NCBI GenBank assembly: GCA_001464795.1
Contig: LNEB01000001.1
Coordinates: 57,924-121,923, forward strand
Reading direction: 5' to 3'
DNA: 64,000 nucleotides
DNA from: Bdellovibrionales bacterium Ga0074139
GTDB taxonomy: Bacteria > Bdellovibrionota > Bdellovibrionia > Bdellovibrionales > Bdellovibrionaceae
This document shows positions 34,865 to 43,112 of the stretch, piece after piece (positions within the stretch are counted from its first letter, which is position 1; every line of letters starts with the position of its first letter). Made by a program: the position numbers and the translations under genes. Under the pieces are notes generated by a model, which was not told the DNA's origin, ran no database searches, and worked only from the letters and a program-made list of their open reading frames with translations.

Positions 34865-36610
34865 ATGTTAAATGATCAATTAGTTGTTGTTTTAGATGAA
34901 AATCTAAAAGTATTAGAAATATGTGAGGCTTGGAATTTTGTAAAATTGAACACTTCTTTTTTAGATCTTGTGCATCCTGAGGATGAAGACTCTATTCAAC
35001 TTTCTTTCCAAAAATTTGAAAAAACAAAAATTCGTCTTAGGCATCGTGATGGTGAGTTTTACTGGTTTGAACTGACTGGAAAAAAAACAGATTGCATTTT
35101 GCTTTCAGCAAAAAATATACATGAGTATCAAACAAAGATTTTACAACAAGAAAAAAAAGACGAGATGTTTCAGGCCATCGTTGAAAACATCCCTTTGATG
35201 CTATCCTTTTATGGTAAAGAGGGCGAATTTGAATGGGTCAATTCTGGGTGGGTTAATGATTTGGGGTGGGATATTTCAAGCATGCGAGGTCAGAATATGC
35301 TTGAAAAGTTTTATCCTGATGAAAAAGTTCGAAAACAAGTGCTAGACTTTATGCTCTCAGGAAAATCAGGTTGGCAATCTTTTAATCTTAAAACGAAGTC
35401 TGGAAAAAATCTGCAAACTTCTTGGGCCAATGTAAGGTTGTCCTCTGGTCAAAGCATCGGAATTGGGAAAAATATTGAAAAGGAATATGCCCTTGAGCAA
35501 AACTTAAAAAAGTCTAACCGCGAGTTGCAAGTGTTTAAGGAAAGACTTGAGCTTGCCATTAAAGCTTTGGGTTTAGCAGTTTGGGACTGGGACGTTAAAT
35601 CTGGTCATGTTTATTGGGACAACCGAATGTATGAAATTTATGAAGTCGACCGACACGAGTTTAATCATGATATTGAATATATATTTCGCTTTATGGCTTC
35701 CAGTGAAATTGATAAAATTAGAAATTCGATCCAAGATGTCATTAAAAATAAACAATCTGAAAGTAAAGTTGAATTTTTAATAACCACAAAAAGTGGAAAA
35801 CAGAAAATAATTTTAGGCTCTGCACTGTATTTTTATGATGATAATGGTGAAGTCGAGCGTGTCGTTGGTAATAACTGGGATGTCACTGAGATCAGGCAAC
35901 TGGAAGCTAAATCCTATCATAGTGCTCAGATGGCTTCCTTGGGATTAATGGCCGGTGGAATGGCCCATGAAATTAATAATCCACTAGCAATTATTAAAGC
36001 GAAATCAGATTTACTAAAAAAATTAATTGAAAAAGAGCCCCTGCCTAAGGAAAAACTTTCAACAGGCTTGGATCAAATTTCTGATACTGTGGACCGTATC
36101 GCAAGAATCGTAAAAGGTTTAAGATCTTTTTCCAGAGACACAAAAGAAGATGAGTCTGAAGTCGTGGACATTTCAGTGGTCATTGATGACGTCATCGGAA
36201 TGTGCCGAGAAAAATTTAAGAACAGTGGAGTTGAAATTCTATTAGAGATTCAAAGGGGTACTGAGCTCAATTGTCGACCCATTCAGGTGGGGCAAGTGCT
36301 ACTCAATTTGCTAAATAATTCCTTTGATGCCATCGAAACACAGCAGCAAAAATGGGTGAAGGTTAAATGTCTCATGCTCAATTCTAAGGTCATTATCGAA
36401 GTCATAGATTCGGGACAGGGTTTGCCGTTAGACGTGGTGAATAAAATGATGCAGCCTTTTTTTACGACCAAAGAAATTGGAAAAGGCACCGGTTTGGGTT
36501 TGAGTATTTCGAAAGGAATCGTAGAAGACCACGGGGGTCAATTGTATTATGATTCCAGCAGCTCAAACACAAAATTTGTAATTGAGCTTCCCAACAACAT
36601 AAAGGATTAG
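34865..36610 (+). CDS. cytoplasmic multi-PAS sensor histidine kinase (no adjacent response regulator)
   Basis: The ORF starts at TTG 34832, with an ATG at 34865. No TM segments. Has 2-3 PAS/PAC-like repeats, HisKA (AHEINNPL) and HATPase_c (GTGLGLSIS). Confidence 0.85.
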   Translation: MLNDQLVVVLDENLKVLEICEAWNFVKLNTSFLDLVHPEDEDSIQLSFQKFEKTKIRLRHRDGEFYWFELTGKKTDCILLSAKNIHEYQTKILQQEKKDEMFQAIVENIPLMLSFYGKEGEFEWVNSGWVNDLGWDISSMRGQNMLEKFYPDEKVRKQVLDFMLSGKSGWQSFNLKTKSGKNLQTSWANVRLSSGQSIGIGKNIEKEYALEQNLKKSNRELQVFKERLELAIKALGLAVWDWDVKSGHVYWDNRMYEIYEVDRHEFNHDIEYIFRFMASSEIDKIRNSIQDVIKNKQSESKVEFLITTKSGKQKIILGSALYFYDDNGEVERVVGNNWDVTEIRQLEAKSYHSAQMASLGLMAGGMAHEINNPLAIIKAKSDLLKKLIEKEPLPKEKLSTGLDQISDTVDRIARIVKGLRSFSRDTKEDESEVVDISVVIDDVIGMCREKFKNSGVEILLEIQRGTELNCRPIQVGQVLLNLLNNSFDAIETQQQKWVKVKCLMLNSKVIIEVIDSGQGLPLDVVNKMMQPFFTTKEIGKGTGLGLSISKGIVEDHGGQLYYDSSSSNTKFVIELPNNIKD

Positions 36611-36613
36611 CAT

Positions 36614-36955
36614 ATGTTTCTTTTTTTATTTTTAAGTCTTCAGGCGGCTGAACTGAATTGCCAAATTTATGATTTAGCAACAGCCCAGGTGTTATCGCAG
36701 TCCTATATGAAATTATATCAAGACAAAGAATCTGTTGTTACTCTTGATGCCATTGGAGTTATTGCACAAGCCTGGGATAGGCCCATGGGTGGTTCCAATC
36801 GGCAGCAAACATTGATTATTGATAATGGACTTGGGCAATCTGACTATAATGTTTTCGAATATAATGAGTCAGAAATTGGTCAGCCTGGAAAATTCAAACA
36901 CGTTGTTTCAGAAATTCCAGGCCTTGGAGATACGGTTACGTTTTCTTGTAAATGA
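36614..36955 (+). CDS. hypothetical small secreted protein with N- and C-terminal Cys
   Basis: 113 aa with a hydrophobic N-terminus MFLFLFLSLQA. It has only two Cys (C16, C112). It starts 3 nt after the kinase stop. Confidence 0.45.
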   Translation: MFLFLFLSLQAAELNCQIYDLATAQVLSQSYMKLYQDKESVVTLDAIGVIAQAWDRPMGGSNRQQTLIIDNGLGQSDYNVFEYNESEIGQPGKFKHVVSEIPGLGDTVTFSCK

Positions 36956-37438
36956 TTACTCAGGACATGCACCTAAGTGATCAAGGTGCGCAGAATCAGA
37001 GCGATTTCTTAGATGAGCTTGTAAAGCCGACCTTGAGATACAAATTTCGTGACGATTTTCTGGATTGCCTCGTGGGTAATGACACAATAAAACTTTTTTT
37101 GAATTTTCTTGGCAGGAATGATCTTGTAAAACATTTTCTAGTTCATTGTCATAAACAACGGAATCGGGCTCGTCTTTGATGTAACCAGCTTGTTCACGAG
37201 CGGGCTCGTTGGGAGCAGCAGCTTCTACCGGTGCAGCCACAACTGCTACCACTGGCGGATTTTGATTTTGCATTTCACCAACAACATCAGCTACCAAAGG
37301 TGCATCTGCTTTTGTGAGGTTACTCGTCACATCATTGAGTGCTCCGGGTTGTCCGCAGTTTTGAAACGAAGTGATAAGTACAAAACTTGAAGTAAATAAA
37401 AGAATGTATCGAATTGAATTCACAGATGACCCCCACAC
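36956..37438 (-). CDS. hypothetical secreted protein with Ala/Pro/Val linker and Cys/His-rich C-terminal motif
   Basis: 160 aa with an N-terminal hydrophobic segment ending ...SFQNC (possible lipobox), a PPVVAVVAAPVEAAAP linker, and the C-terminus LLCHYPRGNPENRHEICISRSALQAHL...HLGACPE. Preferred over the overlapping + ORF 36952..37179. Confidence 0.5.
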   Translation of the reverse strand: MWGSSVNSIRYILLFTSSFVLITSFQNCGQPGALNDVTSNLTKADAPLVADVVGEMQNQNPPVVAVVAAPVEAAAPNEPAREQAGYIKDEPDSVVYDNELENVLQDHSCQENSKKVLLCHYPRGNPENRHEICISRSALQAHLRNRSDSAHLDHLGACPE

Positions 37439-37634
37439 ATCAACACTTCAATTGTGGTACCATTCAAATTTTGGCTTTTGAGACACCCAGATTGAATAAA
37501 ACCGCTATCAGTGTTGTATCATTCTGAGAATCGGAGGCTTGTGTGTTGCTAAGGTTTTGATTCGTTTAACTAATTTTAGATCTCTTTGATTATCTAGGCA
37601 ATGAGTGCAACTTCAACATATCAGATCGATACAC

Positions 37635-38060
37635 TTAGTTTTTTTGCAATAACTTTCTTATTTCCTCAACACGGTTACGGTTGGCTCCAAGATCAGAATA
37701 ACCTACCCGTGAAGCTGATCTGACATGAATAAGTCCATTGTCGAAGTAGAGCTCCACATCGTCTGTGAATCTCATGATGGCTGTTGTAAATTCAATGTGA
37801 AAATAAGCATCTGTCTGATTAACTATCTTCGTGCGCGGTAAGGATGCTATTTTTTCTTTCACTGCATTTTGAAAGTCTTCTGCAGTGCCATTAAAGGTGA
37901 CAGGAGCAATTTTTTTATCCTGAGCGCTTGCCTGGCTTGATACGCAATTGGGTTTGTTTCCACAATCCACAATAGCAGTTGTTAAGCTGGAGGTGTTACG
38001 ATTGGGAATTTGTGCTGACACAAGACTTGAAAGTAAAAGGCTAATCGTCATTATTTTCAT
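37635..38060 (-). CDS. DUF1499-like secreted protein
   Basis: 141 aa with signal peptide MKIMTISLLLSSLVSA. The F.DDVE.. and RSASRVGYSDLGANRNRVE motifs are recalled from DUF1499. Confidence 0.6.
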   Translation of the reverse strand: MKIMTISLLLSSLVSAQIPNRNTSSLTTAIVDCGNKPNCVSSQASAQDKKIAPVTFNGTAEDFQNAVKEKIASLPRTKIVNQTDAYFHIEFTTAIMRFTDDVELYFDNGLIHVRSASRVGYSDLGANRNRVEEIRKLLQKN

Positions 38061-38215
38061 AAAAACAGAATGAACCGGTTAACTTAAGAAATCAAGCAGG
38101 GTGTTTATTCTCCTCGCAAGCGAATTTATTTCCCATTCCATGGGTCTCTCTCCATTTTGAGGGACAATGCCGTGGCTGTTGTTTTGCAAAATTATTATTC
38201 ATCAAGGGGTGGATC

Positions 38216-38716
38216 ATGGAGCAATTGGTGAATAGGACTGTTGTATTAGGTCTTTTTGATTCCTACAAAGATGTGGACCGTGCCATTCAAACATTAAAAT
38301 TTGAGCTGGATACCGAGGCCGAGTTTTCGGTTAAAATGTCAGAGCAGGGGCCAAGCCCGGGACTGCCTCACACTAGGCAAACCCATGCCCCACAAGGGGC
38401 TTTATGGGGCGGGGCTATTGGTGTCATCGTCAGTGGATTTTTTGTTTTATTGATTGCTGTAGATGCACTTGTCATACCGGGGCTTCAATCGATGACACTT
38501 GCAGGCTTAATGATGACGGCTATCATGGGTTTACTATTTGGAGCTGCCATTGGAGCTCTAGGTGGAACTTTGGTCGGCATTGGTGTGCCAGGAAAGAAAG
38601 TGGATTTGCCCCATAGCAAACAAAGAAAGATGGTCTTAACAGTGCTTGCTCATTCGAATGCAGAAGCATTAAAAATTAAATCCATCGGGCAAAATATTAT
38701 GTCTGGAAATTTTTAA
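38216..38716 (+). CDS. membrane protein with glycine-zipper TM segments (general-stress YflT-like N-terminus)
   Basis: 166 aa. N-terminal VVLGLFDSYKDVDRAIQTLK and two Gly-rich hydrophobic helices (GGAIGVIVSG..., GAAIGALGGTLVGIG). Confidence 0.5.
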   Translation: MEQLVNRTVVLGLFDSYKDVDRAIQTLKFELDTEAEFSVKMSEQGPSPGLPHTRQTHAPQGALWGGAIGVIVSGFFVLLIAVDALVIPGLQSMTLAGLMMTAIMGLLFGAAIGALGGTLVGIGVPGKKVDLPHSKQRKMVLTVLAHSNAEALKIKSIGQNIMSGNF

Positions 38717-39056
38717 GCTGTTCGAGTGTGACATAATCCAAGGCTTTAATTTCAGTGGCTGCTAAATTCACTCTTGGTGCACAGCCCGCATCAAAGGCCT
38801 CTTTCCAGCGTAAAGCGCAAAGGCACCATTGATCTCCGGGTTTTAAGCCCGGAAAATTATATTCTGGCCGAGGTGTCATAAGATCATTGCCTTGGCTTAA
38901 TGTGTATTCCAGAAACTCAGAAGTGAGAGTGGCACAAACCACGTGTCTTCCGCGGTCGGATTCATCGGTTTGGCAAAAACCATTACGGTAGTATCCTGTT
39001 ACAGGATTGAGGCAGCAAATTTCTAGGGGTTCACCCAATACATTAAGTTTTTGCAT
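38697..39056 (-). CDS. DUF2237 family protein
   Basis: NVLGEPLE.C...P.TGYYR.G.C.T...D.G.H.VCA..T.EFL....GNDL.TP.P...FPGL.PGD.WCLCA.RW.EA matches the remembered DUF2237 signature along its full length. Confidence 0.8.
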   Translation of the reverse strand: MQKLNVLGEPLEICCLNPVTGYYRNGFCQTDESDRGRHVVCATLTSEFLEYTLSQGNDLMTPRPEYNFPGLKPGDQWCLCALRWKEAFDAGCAPRVNLAATEIKALDYVTLEQLKNFQT

Positions 39057-39075
39057 TTAGAAATGAACTTAATAT

Positions 39076-39450
39076 TTAAAAAGTGAATCGGCAATTCAAA
39101 CTTCTTTGAAGTTTCGATTTTTTATCAGTTACTTCAACTAAGAAGCCGTTGGGGCTTTCAGAGGATTTTATTTCGAACTGCTTTTGAGTTTCAACCGGAA
39201 TCCGAACGTACAAGGAATTCCAAGGAAAAATGGTCACTATATTTTTTGCTTGCGCATCTTTCACAAATAGCGAGGATGACTGTTGTTCTGATAGCGTGAC
39301 CGACTGATTATAAGGCGTTAACACTGCATATTTTGTGGATTCATTTATGCTAACTATCCAGTCCTTCATATTGCTTTGGCAGTAAAGCCTATCAAAAGCA
39401 TCAGCTCGCGAAAAAAGGATTAAAAAACTAAAAGAAACAATCAATCTCAT
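39076..39450 (-). CDS. hypothetical small secreted protein with N- and C-terminal Cys
   Basis: 124 aa with signal peptide MRLIVSFSFLILFSRADA. It has only two Cys (C24, C120). It ends 19 nt upstream of the DUF2237 gene on the same strand. Confidence 0.45.
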   Translation of the reverse strand: MRLIVSFSFLILFSRADAFDRLYCQSNMKDWIVSINESTKYAVLTPYNQSVTLSEQQSSSLFVKDAQAKNIVTIFPWNSLYVRIPVETQKQFEIKSSESPNGFLVEVTDKKSKLQRSLNCRFTF

Positions 39451-39537
39451 CCAATTTTCTTTTCGGCATAACAGTTGGATTTCTTTTCAGGCCCTTAATC
39501 TAGTTAATCAACTGTATGCTTAATCCGAATAAATAAT

Positions 39538-41370
39538 GTGAAATTATGGATATTTATTTCTCTTTCTATCAATGTGTCAGCTTTAAACGCTGATGATACC
39601 AAATCTACTTACGTAAATCCTAATTTTGGCCCCTTCGGTTATATGCAGTGCACAGAATGCAGTCAAAGCCAGGTCTCAGAGGGTTTTTATCCAACAAACC
39701 CAGTTCTTCCAAAGCTTAAAAATGAAGAAGAAAGTAAAGGGGCTCTTGCAACAACAACAAAATTATTAACTAACTTAGTTAAAGTTATACCTGACAAGAA
39801 TTTACGAAATGGATTAACGGAGTATTTAAATGTGATCCAACCACAGGCTTATGATAGCGACTCTTCGGCAGGTGGATCAAACGAAGGAATTGTAAGTTAT
39901 TTTAACTCAAAGTTTTCAAAAAATCAGTGCTTTCAAAAATCTGCGATAGAGTTTTATAAAGAAGTGGCAGCTACTCTGAATAAAAATAATGCATGCGAAA
40001 TGGACACAGAAAATCGAGAGAAACAATCTGTTAGTTACAATGATTATGGCTGCTCGAATAAGCGTCCCACATTGAGGGATCAAGTGGGACAAGGATCAAA
40101 ATCACATCTTGATGAGGGCTGGTTAATGAGATTAGCCTTGAAACATGGTAAAGGCAGTCCAGAGGCGGCGTTTGAGCTTATTGGGATGTGTGGGCATGAT
40201 GATACGGCTCAGGGACAATTTATTTACTTCGATACTTCTGACGCAGGCCAAGCTCAAAATCAAGCCATACTATCAGAGCTCAAACAGCAAAAAAAGATGA
40301 TTAAAGATGAACTTAAGAATTTATATAAAAACCCTAATTATGATAAAAAAATAGCTGCCACATTAACTGATCAGGCAAGTATTGTAAGTAATGAAATCAA
40401 AGCTCTTACTAAATTGGCTGGCTCGAGGGAACAAAACTCGTGCCCGCCAGGAGAGTCTGATTTTTATTTGCCAGGTTCATTGTCTTCAAAGGCAGATATA
40501 TCAAGTGAATTGAAGCAAAAGATCATCAAAATTCAAGATAATGGAAGTCAGAATTCAATTTTGCCGGCTAAGCATTATCATGTTTATGGATCTGCGCTGC
40601 TAGGCTGTAAAATGGCTCAGCAAGGCATGAATCCTGAAACGGCTGTTGTGGTGCAAAAACAAGCTGCTCGCTTCTATCGGGGCCTCAGGATGTGTAATGC
40701 TTCACGAGGACTTTTAGAAAATCAATCAGAATTTAAAAAATCATTACAAGTTAAAAATTTTGATAATTCTAGAGAAGTGGAGACAAAAATTCTTCAAATC
40801 TGGGAGCAGAAACTTAAAGGCGAATTGAACTGTGGTGGCATGTCGAGAACTAAGTTTTTAAAAATACTAACCATTGGCACAAAAAAACCAAACGATGCTA
40901 ATTTTCAAAAATGTAGTGTTCTCATCGATACAGGTATCGTTGATTTATCAATTGATGAAAAAGAATTTGCTATTAAAAAAATCAATACAGCCATCAGTCG
41001 CTTTGATGTCGCAAAGCTTTATGACGACTGGTATGTTGGTGGAAACAGTATCGCTGGAGTAAAAGTTCCTTGTACTGATCATCGTAACAAGGGGCCCAAG
41101 GATTTGATGGATTCTAATCAAGGATTAATGGGAAAAATTTTTAAACCTAGTGGTTGGTCCCAAGAGCGCTACGAATTAGCATCAAAAAGATTGGCGACCT
41201 GGGATGTCGATTTTGAATGGACCATCGCACAACATGCAGCGGGCAGTCAATTTGGAGCAAAAGCGTGCTCTGAATCACGCAATAAAAAAAATCCGTTTAA
41301 TGAAGTTTCTTGTTTGAACCGTGATCCATTAAATATTTTAGCGCCTCAGAGTGCACCTCATCAGAGATAA
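39538..41370 (+). CDS. hypothetical Cys-rich secreted protein (610 aa)
   Basis: GTG start with signal-like VKLWIFISLSINVSA. Has 14 Cys spread through the sequence. No family recognised. Confidence 0.6.
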   Translation: MKLWIFISLSINVSALNADDTKSTYVNPNFGPFGYMQCTECSQSQVSEGFYPTNPVLPKLKNEEESKGALATTTKLLTNLVKVIPDKNLRNGLTEYLNVIQPQAYDSDSSAGGSNEGIVSYFNSKFSKNQCFQKSAIEFYKEVAATLNKNNACEMDTENREKQSVSYNDYGCSNKRPTLRDQVGQGSKSHLDEGWLMRLALKHGKGSPEAAFELIGMCGHDDTAQGQFIYFDTSDAGQAQNQAILSELKQQKKMIKDELKNLYKNPNYDKKIAATLTDQASIVSNEIKALTKLAGSREQNSCPPGESDFYLPGSLSSKADISSELKQKIIKIQDNGSQNSILPAKHYHVYGSALLGCKMAQQGMNPETAVVVQKQAARFYRGLRMCNASRGLLENQSEFKKSLQVKNFDNSREVETKILQIWEQKLKGELNCGGMSRTKFLKILTIGTKKPNDANFQKCSVLIDTGIVDLSIDEKEFAIKKINTAISRFDVAKLYDDWYVGGNSIAGVKVPCTDHRNKGPKDLMDSNQGLMGKIFKPSGWSQERYELASKRLATWDVDFEWTIAQHAAGSQFGAKACSESRNKKNPFNEVSCLNRDPLNILAPQSAPHQR

Positions 41371-41443
41371 ACAATTTCATAATTGACACTTCTAGATCGA
41401 TGATAAAAGCTGATTCAAGCCCTGTCGCAAGTAAGGAATAATT

Positions 41444-41884
41444 ATGAACTCCATTTTTTTTGCAGCATTAGTGTTTTTTGGCGCGAATATCACTTGGTCA
41501 TGTCCTTTGCCGTCGAGTTCTTTTCAATGTGGTGGTGCAGCGATTTCAGATGATGGAAAAATTGTACTCATTGATGAAATTAAAATTTCCACAGATGGCC
41601 TTGAAAGCCAAGCCACTTGGAGTGGTCGATCTCAAGATCAAAATGTTCAGTACGTTTTAAACCTCACAGAAGGAACTCAATTTGTGAATGATAAGAGCTA
41701 CACAAGTTCGGCTTGTGCAAACAGTCCTGTGGGATCCCAACTCTATTGGACTTCTTTTTTACGGTTTCCAAATTTAAATGATGTTTATATTACTCGTATT
41801 AAAATGACTTTAAGCACGGATGAAAAAGAACTTTACGTTATCAAGGAAAATTCAGGCGATTCTTTTAAGTGTCAGTTAAAATGA
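41444..41884 (+). CDS. hypothetical small secreted protein (4 Cys, terminal Cys pattern)
   Basis: 146 aa with a signal peptide ending ...ANITWS. Cys at positions 20, 29, ~90 and 143. Confidence 0.5.
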   Translation: MNSIFFAALVFFGANITWSCPLPSSSFQCGGAAISDDGKIVLIDEIKISTDGLESQATWSGRSQDQNVQYVLNLTEGTQFVNDKSYTSSACANSPVGSQLYWTSFLRFPNLNDVYITRIKMTLSTDEKELYVIKENSGDSFKCQLK

Positions 41885-42546
41885 TAATTATTAGATTTAT
41901 AAACTTATTTTTGTTAGCTTTTCTTGGTGCGGGGTGTTCATTGTTTGGAGTTCGAAATGAAGAACAGCCAAAATACAAAGTTCTATTTAAAGAAGATAAG
42001 CATGAGGTTCGAGAGTATCAATCTCACATTATTGCTAAAACCACAGTCCAGGGTTCATTTGAAGAAGCGCAAAGTCAGGGTTTTAAAATATTAGCTGGGT
42101 ATATTTTTGGAAAGAATAAATCAAAAACAAAAATTGCAATGACCTCACCTGTTGTGCAAAAAGCAGATTCACCCAGTGAAAAAATTTCGATGACGGCTCC
42201 TGTGGTCATAGCTCCAGATAAGTTGACCGAGCAATCACAAGTCAGTTCTTGGACGATGACTTTTAGTCTACCATCGAAATATAGCCTGGAAGATCTTCCC
42301 ACCCCCAATGACCAGCGAGTGATAATAGAACAAGTCCCCTCACGTTATGTGGCGGCAACTCTATTTTCAGGTTTTTGGAATGAGTCTAAAAATAAAAAAA
42401 TAGGATTTGAGCTGCTGAAGTGGCTTGAGCAAAAAAATCAATTTAAGGCGATTTCTGAGCCCATGTTTGCAGGATACAATCCGCCTTGGACTCTGCCATT
42501 TTTCCGTCGTAATGAGATGTTAATTGAAATTGAAGCTGTTCGTTGA
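41881..42546 (+). CDS. SOUL heme-binding family lipoprotein
   Basis: The ATG at 41881 overlaps the upstream stop (ATGA). Lipobox LLAFLGAGC. EQPKYKVL...HEVREY......GF..LAGYIFG.N...KIAMTSPV and a second MTAPV repeat match the remembered SOUL/HBP pattern. Confidence 0.75.
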   Translation: MIIIRFINLFLLAFLGAGCSLFGVRNEEQPKYKVLFKEDKHEVREYQSHIIAKTTVQGSFEEAQSQGFKILAGYIFGKNKSKTKIAMTSPVVQKADSPSEKISMTAPVVIAPDKLTEQSQVSSWTMTFSLPSKYSLEDLPTPNDQRVIIEQVPSRYVAATLFSGFWNESKNKKIGFELLKWLEQKNQFKAISEPMFAGYNPPWTLPFFRRNEMLIEIEAVR

Positions 42547-42563
42547 TTAAAGCGATTAAAATT

Positions 42564-42647
42564 TGGTGCGCGAGGGGGGACTTGAACCCCCACACCTTTC
42601 GGCATATGCACCTCAAACATACGTGGCTACCATTACACCACCCGCGC
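42564..42647 (-). tRNA. tRNA-Leu (anticodon GAG), class II with long variable arm
   Basis: The reverse complement folds by hand. Acceptor stem GCGCGGG/CTCGCGC (one G-U pair). Anticodon stem TATGT/GCATA with loop TTGAGGT (GAG, G37). Long variable arm. T arm GGGGG-TTCAAGT-CCCCC. Discriminator A and an encoded CCA. Confidence 0.88.
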
Positions 42648-42887
42648 AGGCCTGGAATCGAAATAAACGAGGTCTCAATGTATTATCCAATATCGCCCTG
42701 GCTCGTCAATAACTTCTGTTTATTGATCAGATAAGCAGCAGATCTAAACTTTTTTTCCCCCGCTAACCCATCCCAAAGGCCCAGGGTTCATTAACTATGA
42801 GAGCGCCACGGATGGCTGACAAGGTTCTCAAAAGAGAGACTAGGATGGTCTCAACTTCTTTTGAGATAAAGAAAGGTGAGAGTGAGT

Positions 42888-43007
42888 ATGGAAGAGTTCA
42901 AAGAAATTTTAATGTTTTGTGTGATGTACTCAAGTGTTCTTCTGGGAGCTCTCGCCTACAGTTTTGGACCGGCCCCAGAGGCACAAAAAGTCAAAAGTCG
43001 TAAATAG
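42888..43007 (+). CDS. candidate small membrane peptide (39 aa), unannotated
   Basis: ATG preceded by AAAGGTGAGAGTGAGT. Translation is MEEFKEILMFCVMYSSVLLGALAYSFGPAPEAQKVKSRK*, with one hydrophobic helix and a basic tail. A strong terminator lies 64 nt downstream. Too short for the ORF track, and the coding status is unproven. Confidence 0.35.
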   Translation: MEEFKEILMFCVMYSSVLLGALAYSFGPAPEAQKVKSRK

Positions 43008-43070
43008 TTTTTACCCCCTATGTACTAAGGTGTAAGAGGTTTGGTGGTTCCCTCGTGCGCTTTGGTCCCC

Positions 43071-43112
43071 GCCGGGCTGGTGTTCCCAGCTCGGCATTTT
43101 TTTTGCTTTTTT
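43071..43112 (+). terminator. Rho-independent terminator
   Basis: GCCGGGCTGG (43071-80) pairs with CCAGCTCGGC (43086-95), giving a 10-bp stem with one G-U pair and a 5-nt loop. A-TTTTTTTT-GC-TTTTTT follows. Confidence 0.65.

Noticed and set aside
36952-37179. A + strand 75-aa ORF overlapping the 3' half of the minus-strand 160-aa gene.
   Set aside because: The minus-strand ORF is longer and has a signal peptide, a linker and a structured Cys/His tail. The + ORF has no RBS or signal features and overlaps the upstream gene's stop.
36614-42647. Considered a genomic island integrated at the 3' end of tRNA-Leu. The hypothetical-protein patch lies on the 3' side of the tRNA. The region downstream of tRNA-Arg (24499-29400) was considered in the same way.
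   Set aside because: I saw no integrase, recombinase or other mobility gene and no direct repeat of either tRNA 3' end. Several genes there are widespread conserved families (DUF2237, DUF1499, SOUL). This cannot be excluded without compositional analysis and comparative genomics.
42543-42734. A 63-aa + ORF and a 60-aa - ORF (42438-42620) over the tRNA-Leu locus.
   Set aside because: They overlap a confidently folded tRNA gene and are spurious.
42797-43003. A 68-aa + ORF (MRAPRMADKVLKRETRMV...) from the ORF track in the tRNA-Leu/queA spacer.
   Set aside because: It has no RBS, and its Arg/Ser/Lys-rich translation shows no hydrophobic core. The 39-codon ORF in another frame has better start context and a coherent TM helix. 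Neither is proven.
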